From Squalus acanthias (Eukaryota), in contig CM059432.1 of NCBI GenBank assembly GCA_030390025.1, positions 28,646,001-28,710,000 of the forward strand: 64,000 nt of DNA, written 5' to 3'. The notes under the pieces are model-generated. The model was not told the origin of the DNA. It saw nothing but the letters and a program-made list of their open reading frames with translations, and made no database searches. A program made the position numbers and the translations under genes. Of this stretch, positions 1-10,534 are shown one piece after another. Each line of letters begins with the position of its first letter. The stretch's first letter is position 1.

Positions 1-269
1 CCACACTGGAAAGTGCGCGTGTGTGGATGTCAGAAGACGATAGACCACCCTCAGCTGATCTGTAGGCCGTAGCTACATACTCCCACACACCTGTAGCGTG
101 TGTCATAGAAGCTAGGAGATTGAAATAGAAGCCAGCATCACCGTTTTCCCAATCACTCCAACAGATGTAGAGGGAGGTGGAGCCAAATTGATTTTTTTTA
201 CAAATTACTGATTCCTATCTGGTCAATTTGGTTGGAAAGGGCACAGAAGGATTGAACTCAGATGTGATG

Positions 270-630
270 TTTACAGGGCTTGACAAGGTAGATGCTGAGA
301 GGCTATTTCCCCTGGCTGGATATTCTAGAACTAGGGGGCATAGTCTCAGGATAAGGGGTCGGCTATTTAGGACTGAGATGAGGAGAAATGTCTTCACTAA
401 GAGAGTTGTGAGTCTTTGGAATTATCAACCCCAGAGGGCTGTGGATGCTCAGTTGTTGAGTATATTGAAGGCTGAGATCGATATATTTTTGGACTCTAGG
501 GGAATCCAGGGATATGGAGATCGGGCGGGAAAGTGGAGTTGAGGTCGAAGATCAGCCATGATCTTATTGAATGGCGGAGCAGGCTCGAGGGGTTGTATGG
601 CCTGCTCCTGCTATTATTTTTGTTTCTTCT
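270..630 (+). mobile_element. CR1 LINE 3' fragment
   Basis: ORF 228..542 ends with the CR1 ORF2 C-terminus (RTRGHSLRI...FTKRVVSLWN), followed by the CR1 3'UTR gatcagccatgatc...cctgctcct. Confidence 0.9.
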
Positions 631-955
631 GTTCCCCCTCCTCAAAAACCACTTCAAGCCCCTCTACATCATAAAAACAAGCTTTCTAGGCTCACACGAG
701 AAGGATTACAGAGGGCCGACTGGCTTCTGTGGAACCATATCCCAGCTGGTGTCGGTGCCGTTAGGAGAGGAAGGAGGGCGGGGCAAGTTGCAAAACATAC
801 AGCACTCCTTTGAAAACTAAAGCCAAAATAATCCAGAGATGATGGAAGTAAAAAAGAGTGAGAAAGATAGAAGAAAAAGGAAGGAAACCTGAAAGTCTAT
901 GGCACCTCAGTAGGAAAGGGTCAAGTGTCAAATGTCGAGGATTACAGCAACTCAC

Positions 956-1003
956 CTGTTTTCTTTGTTCCTGTCCATCAGGTTAAACTGCTTCCTGAGC
1001 CAC
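956..1003 (-). CDS. PLCG1: PLCG1-like coding exon, equivalent to exon 4 (start of EF-hand region)
   Basis: ctctgcttacag|GTGGCTCAGG...AAAACAG|gtgag. 48 nt, phase 2/2: WLRKQFNLMDRNKEN (PLCG1: WLRKQFYSVDRNRED). The gene continues beyond the left edge. Confidence 0.9.
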
Positions 1004-1378
1004 CTGTAAGCAGAGAGCGGAGACAAAGTTAGTCACTCTCAAAGGAATAAGTGATACAGCAGTGTGGTCGCTGGGCTCAGTTAGTCGACTGCTACCAATA
1101 GACGGTGCAAAAGTCTACTTCCATCAAAACACATCTTGGGGCTGTAATTTCCTCTGGTGGTTAATATGTTCAGGTAAAGTTCCTCTGTATCAGTGGCCAC
1201 TTTTTTTTACATTAAGTGCTTAAACTTTCAACATTCATCATTAAAGAAGCGATCGCTCTATTGTTGGTTAAAACTGCCGGTCAGAAACTGGCGGCAATTG
1301 CAAAACCGGGCACGCTCCAACATGGCTCCCAATAGAACCTAATCTCCAATTGGTACAAACAGGAGGATCATGTATTAC

Positions 1379-1472
1379 CTTTCTACCTGGAGAGGTGTGG
1401 GGGACTTCTGAGTGTCCTGCACCAGCCAGTTCAAACCGTTTATCCATACATTGACATCATCTTCACTGAATG
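1379..1472 (-). CDS. PLCG1: PLCG1-like coding exon, equivalent to exon 3 (end of PH domain)
   Basis: ttttcttcag|CATTCAGTG...GTAGAAAG|gtaata. 94 nt, in phase with the previous exon: AFSEDDVNVWINGLNWLVQDTQKSPTPLQVER (PLCG1: ATSEDEVNMWIKGLTWLMEDTLQAPTPLQIER). Confidence 0.92.
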
Positions 1473-1818
1473 CTGAAGAAAAAGAAAATCATTTCCGTTA
1501 TAAAAAATTATTGATAGATTTTTTTTAAATATAAACTCATTTTTGTGATTTGTGCTCATTAAAGGCAAAATTTTAGGGCAGGTGAATGGAACACTTTCCA
1601 CTTCAGGCACCAAATGTCAGCAGCTAGTATTCCCAGTCACACATAAAATAGGTTAAATGCAAAGGGAAGCTCTCTCTACTCCATCGCAATTATGTGTCCC
1701 AGCCCCTGCATGAGAAGAATTCCTACTGTACCAGTAGTATATTTCTCCATTTCCTATAGCAGCCATCTTGTATCAGAAATTGTCAATTTAGTGTATTACA
1801 TAAAGGATAACAGACAGT

Positions 1819-2575
1819 GGGGGAGAAATTCATTATAACCCCATCTGGGGCGCTAACTTTTAAAAGTTGAGAAAATTAGCGCCAGGAGCTAATGTTTCTA
1901 AACTTAAAAAAAATTCGGTTTTGTGCTCCAGGAAGGAAGTGGAACACTAAATCAAGTGTTCCACTTCCTTCCTGGAGTGCAATCGGCAGCAGGCAGGGCG
2001 GAGACTTCAGCAGCGTTGCACACTGGGCCGTGCAGCGCTGTCGTGTTCAAAGGCTCCTTCTCTCCCTTAAAGGGAAGGGCCATCGCTGCAGGCTCTGCAA
2101 ATTAAAGAGTACCTACCTGGACCACCAAGGCAGCCGCGATCCAACGCGATCAGCCCGGCACTCAAGCAGAGTGTCAGGCTGATCGATTGCGGGCAGGAAC
2201 CCGCGAAAAAAACGGGAACAAGAAAGGTACTTTTTTTACTTACCTCGGCCACCTCGCCTTTAATCATTGCCCCTGAAGTGGCCGACCGCCCGATGCACGC
2301 CTCCTGCAGCTGTCGGTGTTTTCGACCAGCGCTGCTGCAGGGGGCGGAAGTGAATTTCGGGTCCGGGGTGCTACCGGGGCGATGCGCACGGCAATGACGT
2401 CACGATCTCCGGGCGAAGGAGATCGGGCCACAACGCCATAGCGCCGCTGCAAAACTCCCACCGAATATGGCGGGAGTTGATGTCAGCGCCATGCCCGGTC
2501 GCAAAGCCATTTGCGCCTTGTCAGCGCCCCCCAGGGGCACTAACGGGAGGTGCAAAGGCACTCAATTTCACCCCC
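1819..2575. mobile_element. Non-autonomous PIF/Harbinger-type element (MITE-like)
   Basis: TIRs GGGGGAGAAATT / AATTTCACCCCC, 3-bp TSD AGT (1816-1818, 2576-2578). CpG-rich; right end homologous to 18285-19180. Confidence 0.85.
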
Positions 2576-2585
2576 AGTATTTATT

Positions 2586-2876
2586 ATACATTCGGAATGT
2601 GGGTGTCCCTGGCAAGCCAACATTTATTACCCATCTTTAGTTGCCCTAGTCGTTTGATACAACTGAGTAGCTTGCCAAGCCACTTCAAAGGGCAGTTAAG
2701 AGTCAACAAGGTGGGTGTGGGACTGGAGTCACATGTAGGCCAGACCGGGTAAGGACAGCAGGTTTCCTTCCCTAAAGGAACCAGTTGGATTTTTACAACA
2801 ATCCGACAGCTTCATGGACACTTTTACTGACACTAGATCTTTATTTCTAGATGTTTAAAAACTTAATTCAAATTCT
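2586..2876 (-). mobile_element. Short non-coding derivative (5'UTR joined to 3' tail) of the LINE at 5045-8250
   Basis: Reverse complement joins the 5' segment (ccttacccggtctggcctacatgtgactcc...ctcttaactgccc) directly to the tail gatgggtaataaatgttggc seen at 8180-8225. Confidence 0.8.
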
Positions 2877-3062
2877 TGTAGGCAAAGGCACTGTGGAGAA
2901 CCAGCTGGCTGGTTCTGACCTGAAGCCCAAAGCTATCCCGAGACAGATTTGTGTATTTTCTCACTTCCCCCACACAAAGACAAAAGAATTTTAAGAAGGT
3001 GACTAACACAGTTTCATTATAAATTCACATTGATTGGAAAATTTAATATAAAGAGATATAAT

Positions 3063-3545
3063 ACAACAACTTGCATTTATGTAACACAATAAACATAATA
3101 ACATAATAAAATGTCCCAAGGCACTTCAAAGGAGTGTAATCAGACAAAAGTTGACAACCAGCCAAAGAAAGGGACATTAGGACAGGTGACCAAAAACTTG
3201 GTCAAAGAGGTAGGTTTTAAGGAGTATCTTAAAGGAGGATAGAGAGGTGGAGATGTGGAGAGGTCTGGGGAGGAAATTCTCGAGTTTAGAGTCTAGACAG
3301 TTGAAGCACAGCCACCAATGGTGGGCGAAGGAAGTGGGGAATGCACAAGAGGCCAGTGTTGGAGGAACGCAGAATTCCCGGATGGTTGTAGGAGTGGAGG
3401 AAGTTACTGATATAGGGAGGGGTGAGGCCTCGGAGGGATTCAAATAAGACAATGAGAATTTTTAATATCGAAGCATTGGTGGGCCAGGAGCCAATGAAGG
3501 TCAGCGAGCACAGGGATGATGGGTGAACGGGACTTGGTGCAAGTT
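3063..3545 (-). mobile_element. L2-type LINE 3' fragment
   Basis: Reverse-complement homolog of 36365-36870, ending ...taaatgcaagttgttgt. Confidence 0.7.
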
Positions 3546-3744
3546 TTTACAGTGTAAAGCAAGACTGGGCTCTGCTTTCATCACAGGTAAGTTAACATGT
3601 TGAGGACAGACCTTTCTTCAGAAGAGGACCTAAGACAGTTCAGTGCTGAAGATGGCTGAAAAGTGGAAGAGTATTGCATTTACCAGCACAGACACTCTTC
3701 ACATTAATTCACTAAAATTAAACTAGTGAAGTCCTGATAGTGAA

Positions 3745-4940
3745 ATTCTTATTGACAACGTCTATGTTGTGTATATGGACTTTCAAAGGCGTTTAACTAA
3801 GTACCACATAATAGACTTGATATGCAAAATTAAAGCCCATGGGATTAAAGGGACAGTGGCAGCATGGATACAAAATTAGCTAAAGGAACAGAAAGCAGAG
3901 TGTAGTGGAGAATGATTGTTTTTCAGACTGGAGGGAGGTGTACTGTGGTGTTCCCCAGGAGTCATTATTCAGACCACTGCTCTTTTTGATAAATATTAAG
4001 GAACTGGACTTTATTTCAAAGTTTGCAGATGACACAAAACTCGGAAATGTAGTAAACAGTGAGAAGGATAGTAACAGACTTCAGGAGGACACAGACAGAG
4101 TGGTGAAATGGGCAGACACATGGCAGATGAAATTTAACGCAGAGAAGTGTGAAGTAATATATTTTGGTACGAAGAATGAGGAGAGGCAATATAAACTAAA
4201 TAGTACAATTTTAAAGGGGGTGCAGGAACAGAGATACCTGGGGTGTTTGTACAGAAATCTTTGAAGGTGGCAGGACAAGTTGAGAAGGCTGTGAAAAAAA
4301 TCATATGGGATCCTTGACTTTACTAATAGAGGAATAGAGTACAAAAGCAAGGAAGTTATGCTAAACTTGTATAAAACACTGGTTAGGCCTCAGCAGGAGT
4401 ATTGTATTCAATTTGGGCACCACACTTTAGGAAGGATGTCAAGACCTCAGAGAGGGTGCAGAAGAGATTTACTGGAATGGTACCAGGGATGAGGGACTTC
4501 AATTATGTGGAGAGACTGGAGAAGTTGGGGTTGTTCTCCTTAAGAACAGAGAAGGTTAAAAGGAGATATGATGGAGATATTCAAAATCATGAATGGTTTT
4601 GATAGAGTAAATAAGGAGAAACTGTTTCCAGTGGCAGAAGGGTCGGTAACCAGAGGACACGGTTTTAAGGTGATTGGCAGAAGAACCAGAAGCGACATGA
4701 GGAAACTTTTTTTTTTACACAGCGAATTGTTGTGATCTGGAATGCACTGCCGGAAAGGGTGGTGGAAGCAGATTCAATAGTAACATTCAAAAGAGAATTG
4801 GATAAATACTTGAAGGGAAAAAATTGACAGGGCTATGGGGAAAGAGCGGGGGAGTGAGATTAATTAGATAGCTCTACCAAAGAGCCGGCACAGGCACGAT
4901 GAGCCGAATGACCTCCTTCTGTGCTGCATCATTCTATACT
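3745..4940 (+). mobile_element. CR1 LINE, 5'-truncated and decayed RT
   Basis: YMDFQ...GVPQES...SKFADDTKL, W..KFNAEKC, then C-terminus and 3'UTR; frameshifted. Confidence 0.92.
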
Positions 4941-5044
4941 TGCATTTATACAGAGAACCTAATTAAGTCTCAGAAATGTCTTCGCGTACAATGTGAAGTG
5001 CAGTCACTTTTCTTATGTAAGCAAATGCAGTGGAAAAGGGGGAA

Positions 5045-8000
5045 CGGCAGTGTAGTGGTAATGTCACTGGGCTAGTAATCCAGAAGCCTGGACTAATGAT
5101 CCAGAGATGTGAATTCAAATCCCACCACGGCAGCTGGGGAATTTAAATTCAGTGAATTAAATAAATCTGGAATAAAAAGCTAGTATCAGTAATGGTAACC
5201 ATGAAACTATCGGATTGTCGTAAAAACCCATCTGGTTCACTGATGTGAACAACAATGTGGTCGACTCTTAATTGCCCTCTGAAATGGCCTAGCAAGTCAC
5301 TCAGTTATAACTAACCGCTACGAAACAAAATAATAAGAATGAAACCGGACGGACCACCCGGCATCGACCTCGGCACCGGCTACGGACATGGCAACGGCAC
5401 ACCCAGTCAACCCTGCAAAGTACTCCTCACCAACATCTGGGGACTTGTGCCAAAATTGGGAGAGCTGTCCCACAGACTAGTCAAGCAACAGCCTGACATA
5501 GTCATACTCACAGAATCATACCTTTCAGCCAATGTCCCAAACTCCTCCATCACCATCCCTGGGTATGTCCTGTCCCACCGGCAGGACAGACCCACCAGGG
5601 GTGGTGACACAGTGGTTTACAGTCGGGAAGGAGTGGCCCTGGGAGTTCTCAACATTGACTCCGGACCCCATGAAGTTTCACGGCTTCAGGTCAAGCATGG
5701 GCAAGGAAACCTCCTGCTGATTACCACCCACCGCCCTCCCTCAGCTGATGAATCAGTAGTCCTCCATGTTGAACACCACTTGGAAGAAGCACTGAGAGTA
5801 GCAAGGGCACAGAATGTTCTCCGGGTGGGGGACTTCAATGTCCATCACCAAGAGTGGCTCGGTAGGTAGCACCACTGCTGGCCGAGTTCTGAAGGACATA
5901 GCTGCCAGTCTGGTCCTGCGACAGGTGGTGAGTGAACCAACACGAGGGAAAAACCTACTTGACCTCGTCCTCACCAATCTACCTGTCGCAGATGCATCTG
6001 TCCATGGCAGCATTGGCAGCAATGACCACCGCACAATCATTGTGGAGACGAAGTCCCGTCTTCACACTGAGAACACACTCCATCGTGTTGTGTGGCACTA
6101 CCACCGTGCTAAATGGGATAGATTCAGAACAGATCTAGCAGCTCAAAACTGGGCATCCATGAGGCGCTGTGGGCCATCAGCAGCAGCAGAATTGTATTCC
6201 ACCACAATCTGTAACCTCATGGCCCAGCATATCCCTCACTCTACCATTACCACCAACCCTGGTTCAACAACGAGTGTACAGGAGCAGCACCAGGCATACC
6301 TAAAAATGAGATGCCAACCTGGGGAAGCTGCAACACAGGACTACATGCATGCTAAAAAGCGGAAGCAGCATGCTATAGACAGGGCTAAGCGATCCCACAA
6401 TCAACGGATCAGATCAAAGCTCTGCAGTCCTGCCACATCCAGTCGTAAATGGTGGTGGACCATTAAACAACTAACGGGAGGAGGCTCCAAGAATATCCCC
6501 ATCCTCAATGATGGTGGAGCCCAGCATGTGGTTGCAAAAGACAAGGCTGAAGCGTTTGCAACCAACTTCAGCCAGAAGTGCCGAGTGGATGATTCATATC
6601 GGCCTACTCCCGAGGTCCCCACCATTACAGAAGCCATTCTTCAGCCAATTCGATTCACTCCACGTGATATCAAGAAACGGCTGAGCGCACTAGATACAGC
6701 AAAGGCTATGGGCCCCGACAACATCCCGGCTATCATGCTGAAAACTTGTGCTCCAGAACTAGCCGCACCTCTAGCCAAGCTGTTCCAGTACAGCTACAAC
6801 ACTGGCATCTATCCGACAATGTGGAAAACTGCCCAGGTATGTCCTGTCCACAAAAAGCAGGACAAATCCAACCCGGCCAATTACCGCCCCATCAGTCTAC
6901 TCTCAATCATCAGCAAAGTGATGGAAGGTGTCATCGACAGTGCTATCAAGCGGCACTTACTCACCAATAACCTGCTCACAGATGCCCAGTTTGGGTTCCG
7001 CCAAGACCACTCGGCTCCCGACCTCATTACAGCCTTGGTCCAAACATGGACAAAGGAGCTGAATTCCAGAGGTGAGGTGAGAGTGACTGCTCTTGACATC
7101 AAGGCAGCATTTGACCGAGTCTGGCATCAAGAAGCCCTAGTAAAACTGAAGTCAATGGGAATCAGGGGGAAAACACTCCACTGGCTGGAGTCATACCTAG
7201 CACAAAGGAAGATGGTTGTGGTGGTTGAAGGTCAATCATCACAGCCCCAGGAGTTCCTCAGGGCAGTGTCCTAAGCCCAACCATCTTCAGCTGCTTCATC
7301 AATGACCTTCCCTCCAACATAAGGTCAGAAATGGGGATGTTCGCTGATGACTGCACAGTGTTCAGCACCATTCGCAACTCCACAGGTAATGAAGCAGTCC
7401 ATGCCCGCATGCAACAAGACCTGGATGACATTCAGGCTTGGGCTGATAAGTGGCAGGTAACATTCGCGCCACACAAGTGCCAGGCAATTACTATCTCCAA
7501 CAAGCGAGAGTCTAACCACCTCTCCTTGAGATTCAATGGCATTACCATCGCCGAATCCCCCACTATCAACATCCTGGGGGTCACCATTAACCAGAAACTT
7601 AACTGGACCAGCCACATAAATGCTGTGGCAACAAGAGCAGGTCAGAAGCTAGGTATTCTGCGGCGAGTGTCTCACCTCCTGACTCCCCAAAGCCTTTCCA
7701 CCATCTACAAGGCACAAGTAAGGAGTGTGATGGAATACTCTCCACTTGCCTGGATGAGTACAGCTCCAATAACACTCAAGAAGCTCGACACCATCCAGGA
7801 CAAAGCAGCCCGCTTGATTGGCACCCCATCCACCACCTTAAACATTCACTCCCTCCACCACCGGTGTACCGTGGCTGCAGTGTGTACCATCTACAAGATG
7901 CACTGCAGCAACTCGCCAAGGCTTCTTCGGCAGCACCTCCCAAACCTGTGACCTCTTCCACCTAGAAGGACAAGGGCAGCAGGCGCATGGGAACACCACC

Positions 8001-8250
8001 ACCTCCAAGTTCCCCTCCAAGTCACACACCATCCTGACTTAGAAGTATATCGCCGATCCTTCATCGTCGCTGGGTCAAAATCCTGGAATTCCCTACCTAA
8101 CAGCACTGGGGGAGTACCATCACCACACGGACTGCAGCGGTTCAAGAAGGCGGCTCACCACCACCTTCTCAAGGGCAACTAGGGATGGGCAATAAATGCT
8201 GGCATTGCCAGCGACACCCTGATCCCATAAAACGAATAAAATAAAAAAAT
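5045..8250 (+). mobile_element. Near-complete single-ORF APE+RT LINE (CR1/L2 group) with tRNA-like 5' head
   Basis: ORFs 5339..5869 (APE: NIWG, PDIVILTES, GDFN), 5814..7274 (SNDH, NYRPISLL, QFGFR, LDIKAAFD) and 7331..7951 (FADD, RSVMEY) are one frame broken by small indels. Tail gatgggcaataaatgctggc plus A-rich end. Flanked by halves of an older Deu-SINE. Confidence 0.93.
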
Positions 8251-9023
8251 CTCCACAGAAACACCAATAAGATAAATGACCAGTTAATGTTTTCTTTTGA
8301 TGGAGTTGATACATAGGACTGGAAAAGACTCTGCAGTCCATTTGGCCAGATCCTAAAAACCTAACCTTTGAATCACCCACCACTCAAATACGTTCTAATT
8401 CTCCCTTACATTTTTCTACACTATCTGTTTCCACTGTCTCCCTAGGCATTCACCATTCCCTGTGTATAATAGTTAAATCTAAACTGTCTGTGCATCTTCC
8501 CTTTGCTAAGCTTGAGCCTGTGTCCCCTAGTTCTAGAGTTTGTGGAAATCTCAAACATATTATCATTCAATTTATCTATCCCCTGAAGGATCTTGAGTAT
8601 CTCCCATGAGTCCTCTCTTCTCCAGAGTAAACAATCCCAGACTCTTCAACCCCTGCTCATAAGCCTAAGGCTGGATATCAGTTTGATTTATCTGCCCTGC
8701 GCTGTCTCCAAGGTTTGGACACCCTGCTGTAGTATAGTGACCAGAACTGTACAGAGTACAGTCTACTTCTGGTAATTTGAAGTCATCTGTGACACTTAAA
8801 AAATAGAATTATCTAAAAATTTGAATGAAGAAATATAAACAACACAAGCAAAGTAGGATATAGTGCTAACAATTGAATCATCAGATCATTTGAATTAAGA
8901 AACTTTGAATTCAAAGTAGACTGTAGTCCCGGTATGGCCATACCAGTGCCTTGTACAGACTCTTCATCACCTCCTGGGATTTGTGCTCTATCTCTCTGCT
9001 ATATATCCAGTTAGCTTTCCTTA

Positions 9024-9248
9024 TTCGATAGCAAAATACTGCGGATGCTGGAAATCCGAAATAACAACAGAAAACGCTGGAAAAACTCAGCAGGCCAGGC
9101 AGCATCTGTGGAGAGAGAAACAGAGTTAACGTTTCAGGTCGAAGTCCAGTTCTGACGAAGGGTCTTCGACCTGAAACGTTAACTCTGTTTCTCTCTCCAC
9201 GGATGCTGCCTGGCCTGCTGAGTTTTTCCAGCGTTTTCTGTTGTTATT
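9024..9248. mobile_element. Penelope-derived fold-back insertion with hammerhead motif
   Basis: About 86-bp inverted arms (9059-9144 / 9164-9249, one mismatch). 13-bp TSD TTAGCTTTCCTTA (9011-9023, 9249-9261). Arm sequence matches the Penelope terminal region at 10870-10990. Confidence 0.88.
9148..9184 (+). ncRNA. Minimal type I hammerhead ribozyme motif
   Basis: AGTT-CTGACGA-A-GGGTC TTC GACCT-GAAA-CGTT-AACT: conserved cores, stem II, short stem I and palindromic stem III (AACGTT). Confidence 0.72.
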
Positions 9249-9347
9249 TTAGCTTTCCTTAGTGCTGCCTCACACTGTGCTGTTGGGTGTCTACTAATAC
9301 CACCAGATCTTCCTCTCCTGTTTTGTGCCTAATAGCCTAGAGCTATT

Positions 9348-10010
9348 GGGCCGAATCTTGCTGGAGTGGGGCACCTTGTGGCATACGCCGTTAGTTAGAC
9401 TTTTTCCTGCACCCTTCAGCTCCAACTTGCGCCCTAACTTGCTGGAAGTGCAAGCAGATAATGGCGTGTCGAGGGCGACAGGGCATCTGGGACCTGAGTG
9501 AATAACGGGTCCAACAGTCTATCTCCTTAACCAATGAGATTTAAGGATTGAGAATGAAACAGAGGAATGATGGGGAAGGAAATAGGGTGAATTAGAGTCA
9601 AATCAGGTATAGAACAAGAAATAAAGTGAGGGAAACAAAGATTAGATTAAGAGAGAGAGAGAATAAGGTGACAGAAAGGAAAAGTAAGAAAAAAATGTAA
9701 ACATTTATAATTTGACATTTTTAACATCTCCAACAACAAATCACTACATGAAGCAATGAGACTCCATGGTTTAAATTGTTCCCTTTCTGGGCCAGAGAAG
9801 TTCATTGACAATTGCATTAACAATTATCAGATAGTTACAAGGGTTGTAACTATTGATTATTGGACTTAACTTTCTGCGAAAAAATTTAATGGGCAATTAA
9901 TGTGCAAATGCAAAAGTACTTAAAAATAACGGGGAGGCTAAGGGCGAGATGCCGTTTGTGCGAAGCTAACAGCGGATCGGCGTAAATCAACAAGCAAGTT
10001 TTGGAGATTT
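9348..10010. mobile_element. Decayed DNA-transposon-derived (Harbinger-like) fragment
   Basis: Starts GGGCCGAATCTTG, resembling the GG(G)C...AATT termini of the other elements. CpG-enriched ends; right TIR not identified. Confidence 0.4.
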
Positions 10011-10534
10011 GAACATAGCAGAGAAGAATTAATTTGGTATCCCTTGGTCACTTGATATCGCCCTTGCCTTTTTTTACTTGCTTGCTGCGAATATATTTCT
10101 AGAAATGCTTGATATTTTCTTTAATATTCTCTGCTATCCGAACCTCATTTTCTATTTTAGCTGACCTGAACGGTTTCTTAATTTCCTTTTTAAAATTCAT
10201 CTTGGCCCACTGAGCTATCGCTGACTTTATACTTGAGGAAATCTTTTTTGTTGCCTTTATTTTCCCACATTATTTCCATTTTTTCTGTTGTACACATTTG
10301 TTTTCCAGCATGAGCCTAACCTTAAACTCCACAATATTATGATCACTGTTTCCAAAGTGTGAAACAGTGTGCCCTCTTCTACCTTCTCCTGGTTGTTACT
10401 TAATATATATTTTTTTCTATTCGTTCATGGGATGTGGGCATCCATAACAACTGCATCTGCTCCTATACCCACTTACCTTATTTGACTAAGGAAGTTCTTG
10501 TCCCAACTTATCCTCCTGATCTGTGGTCTAAGCA

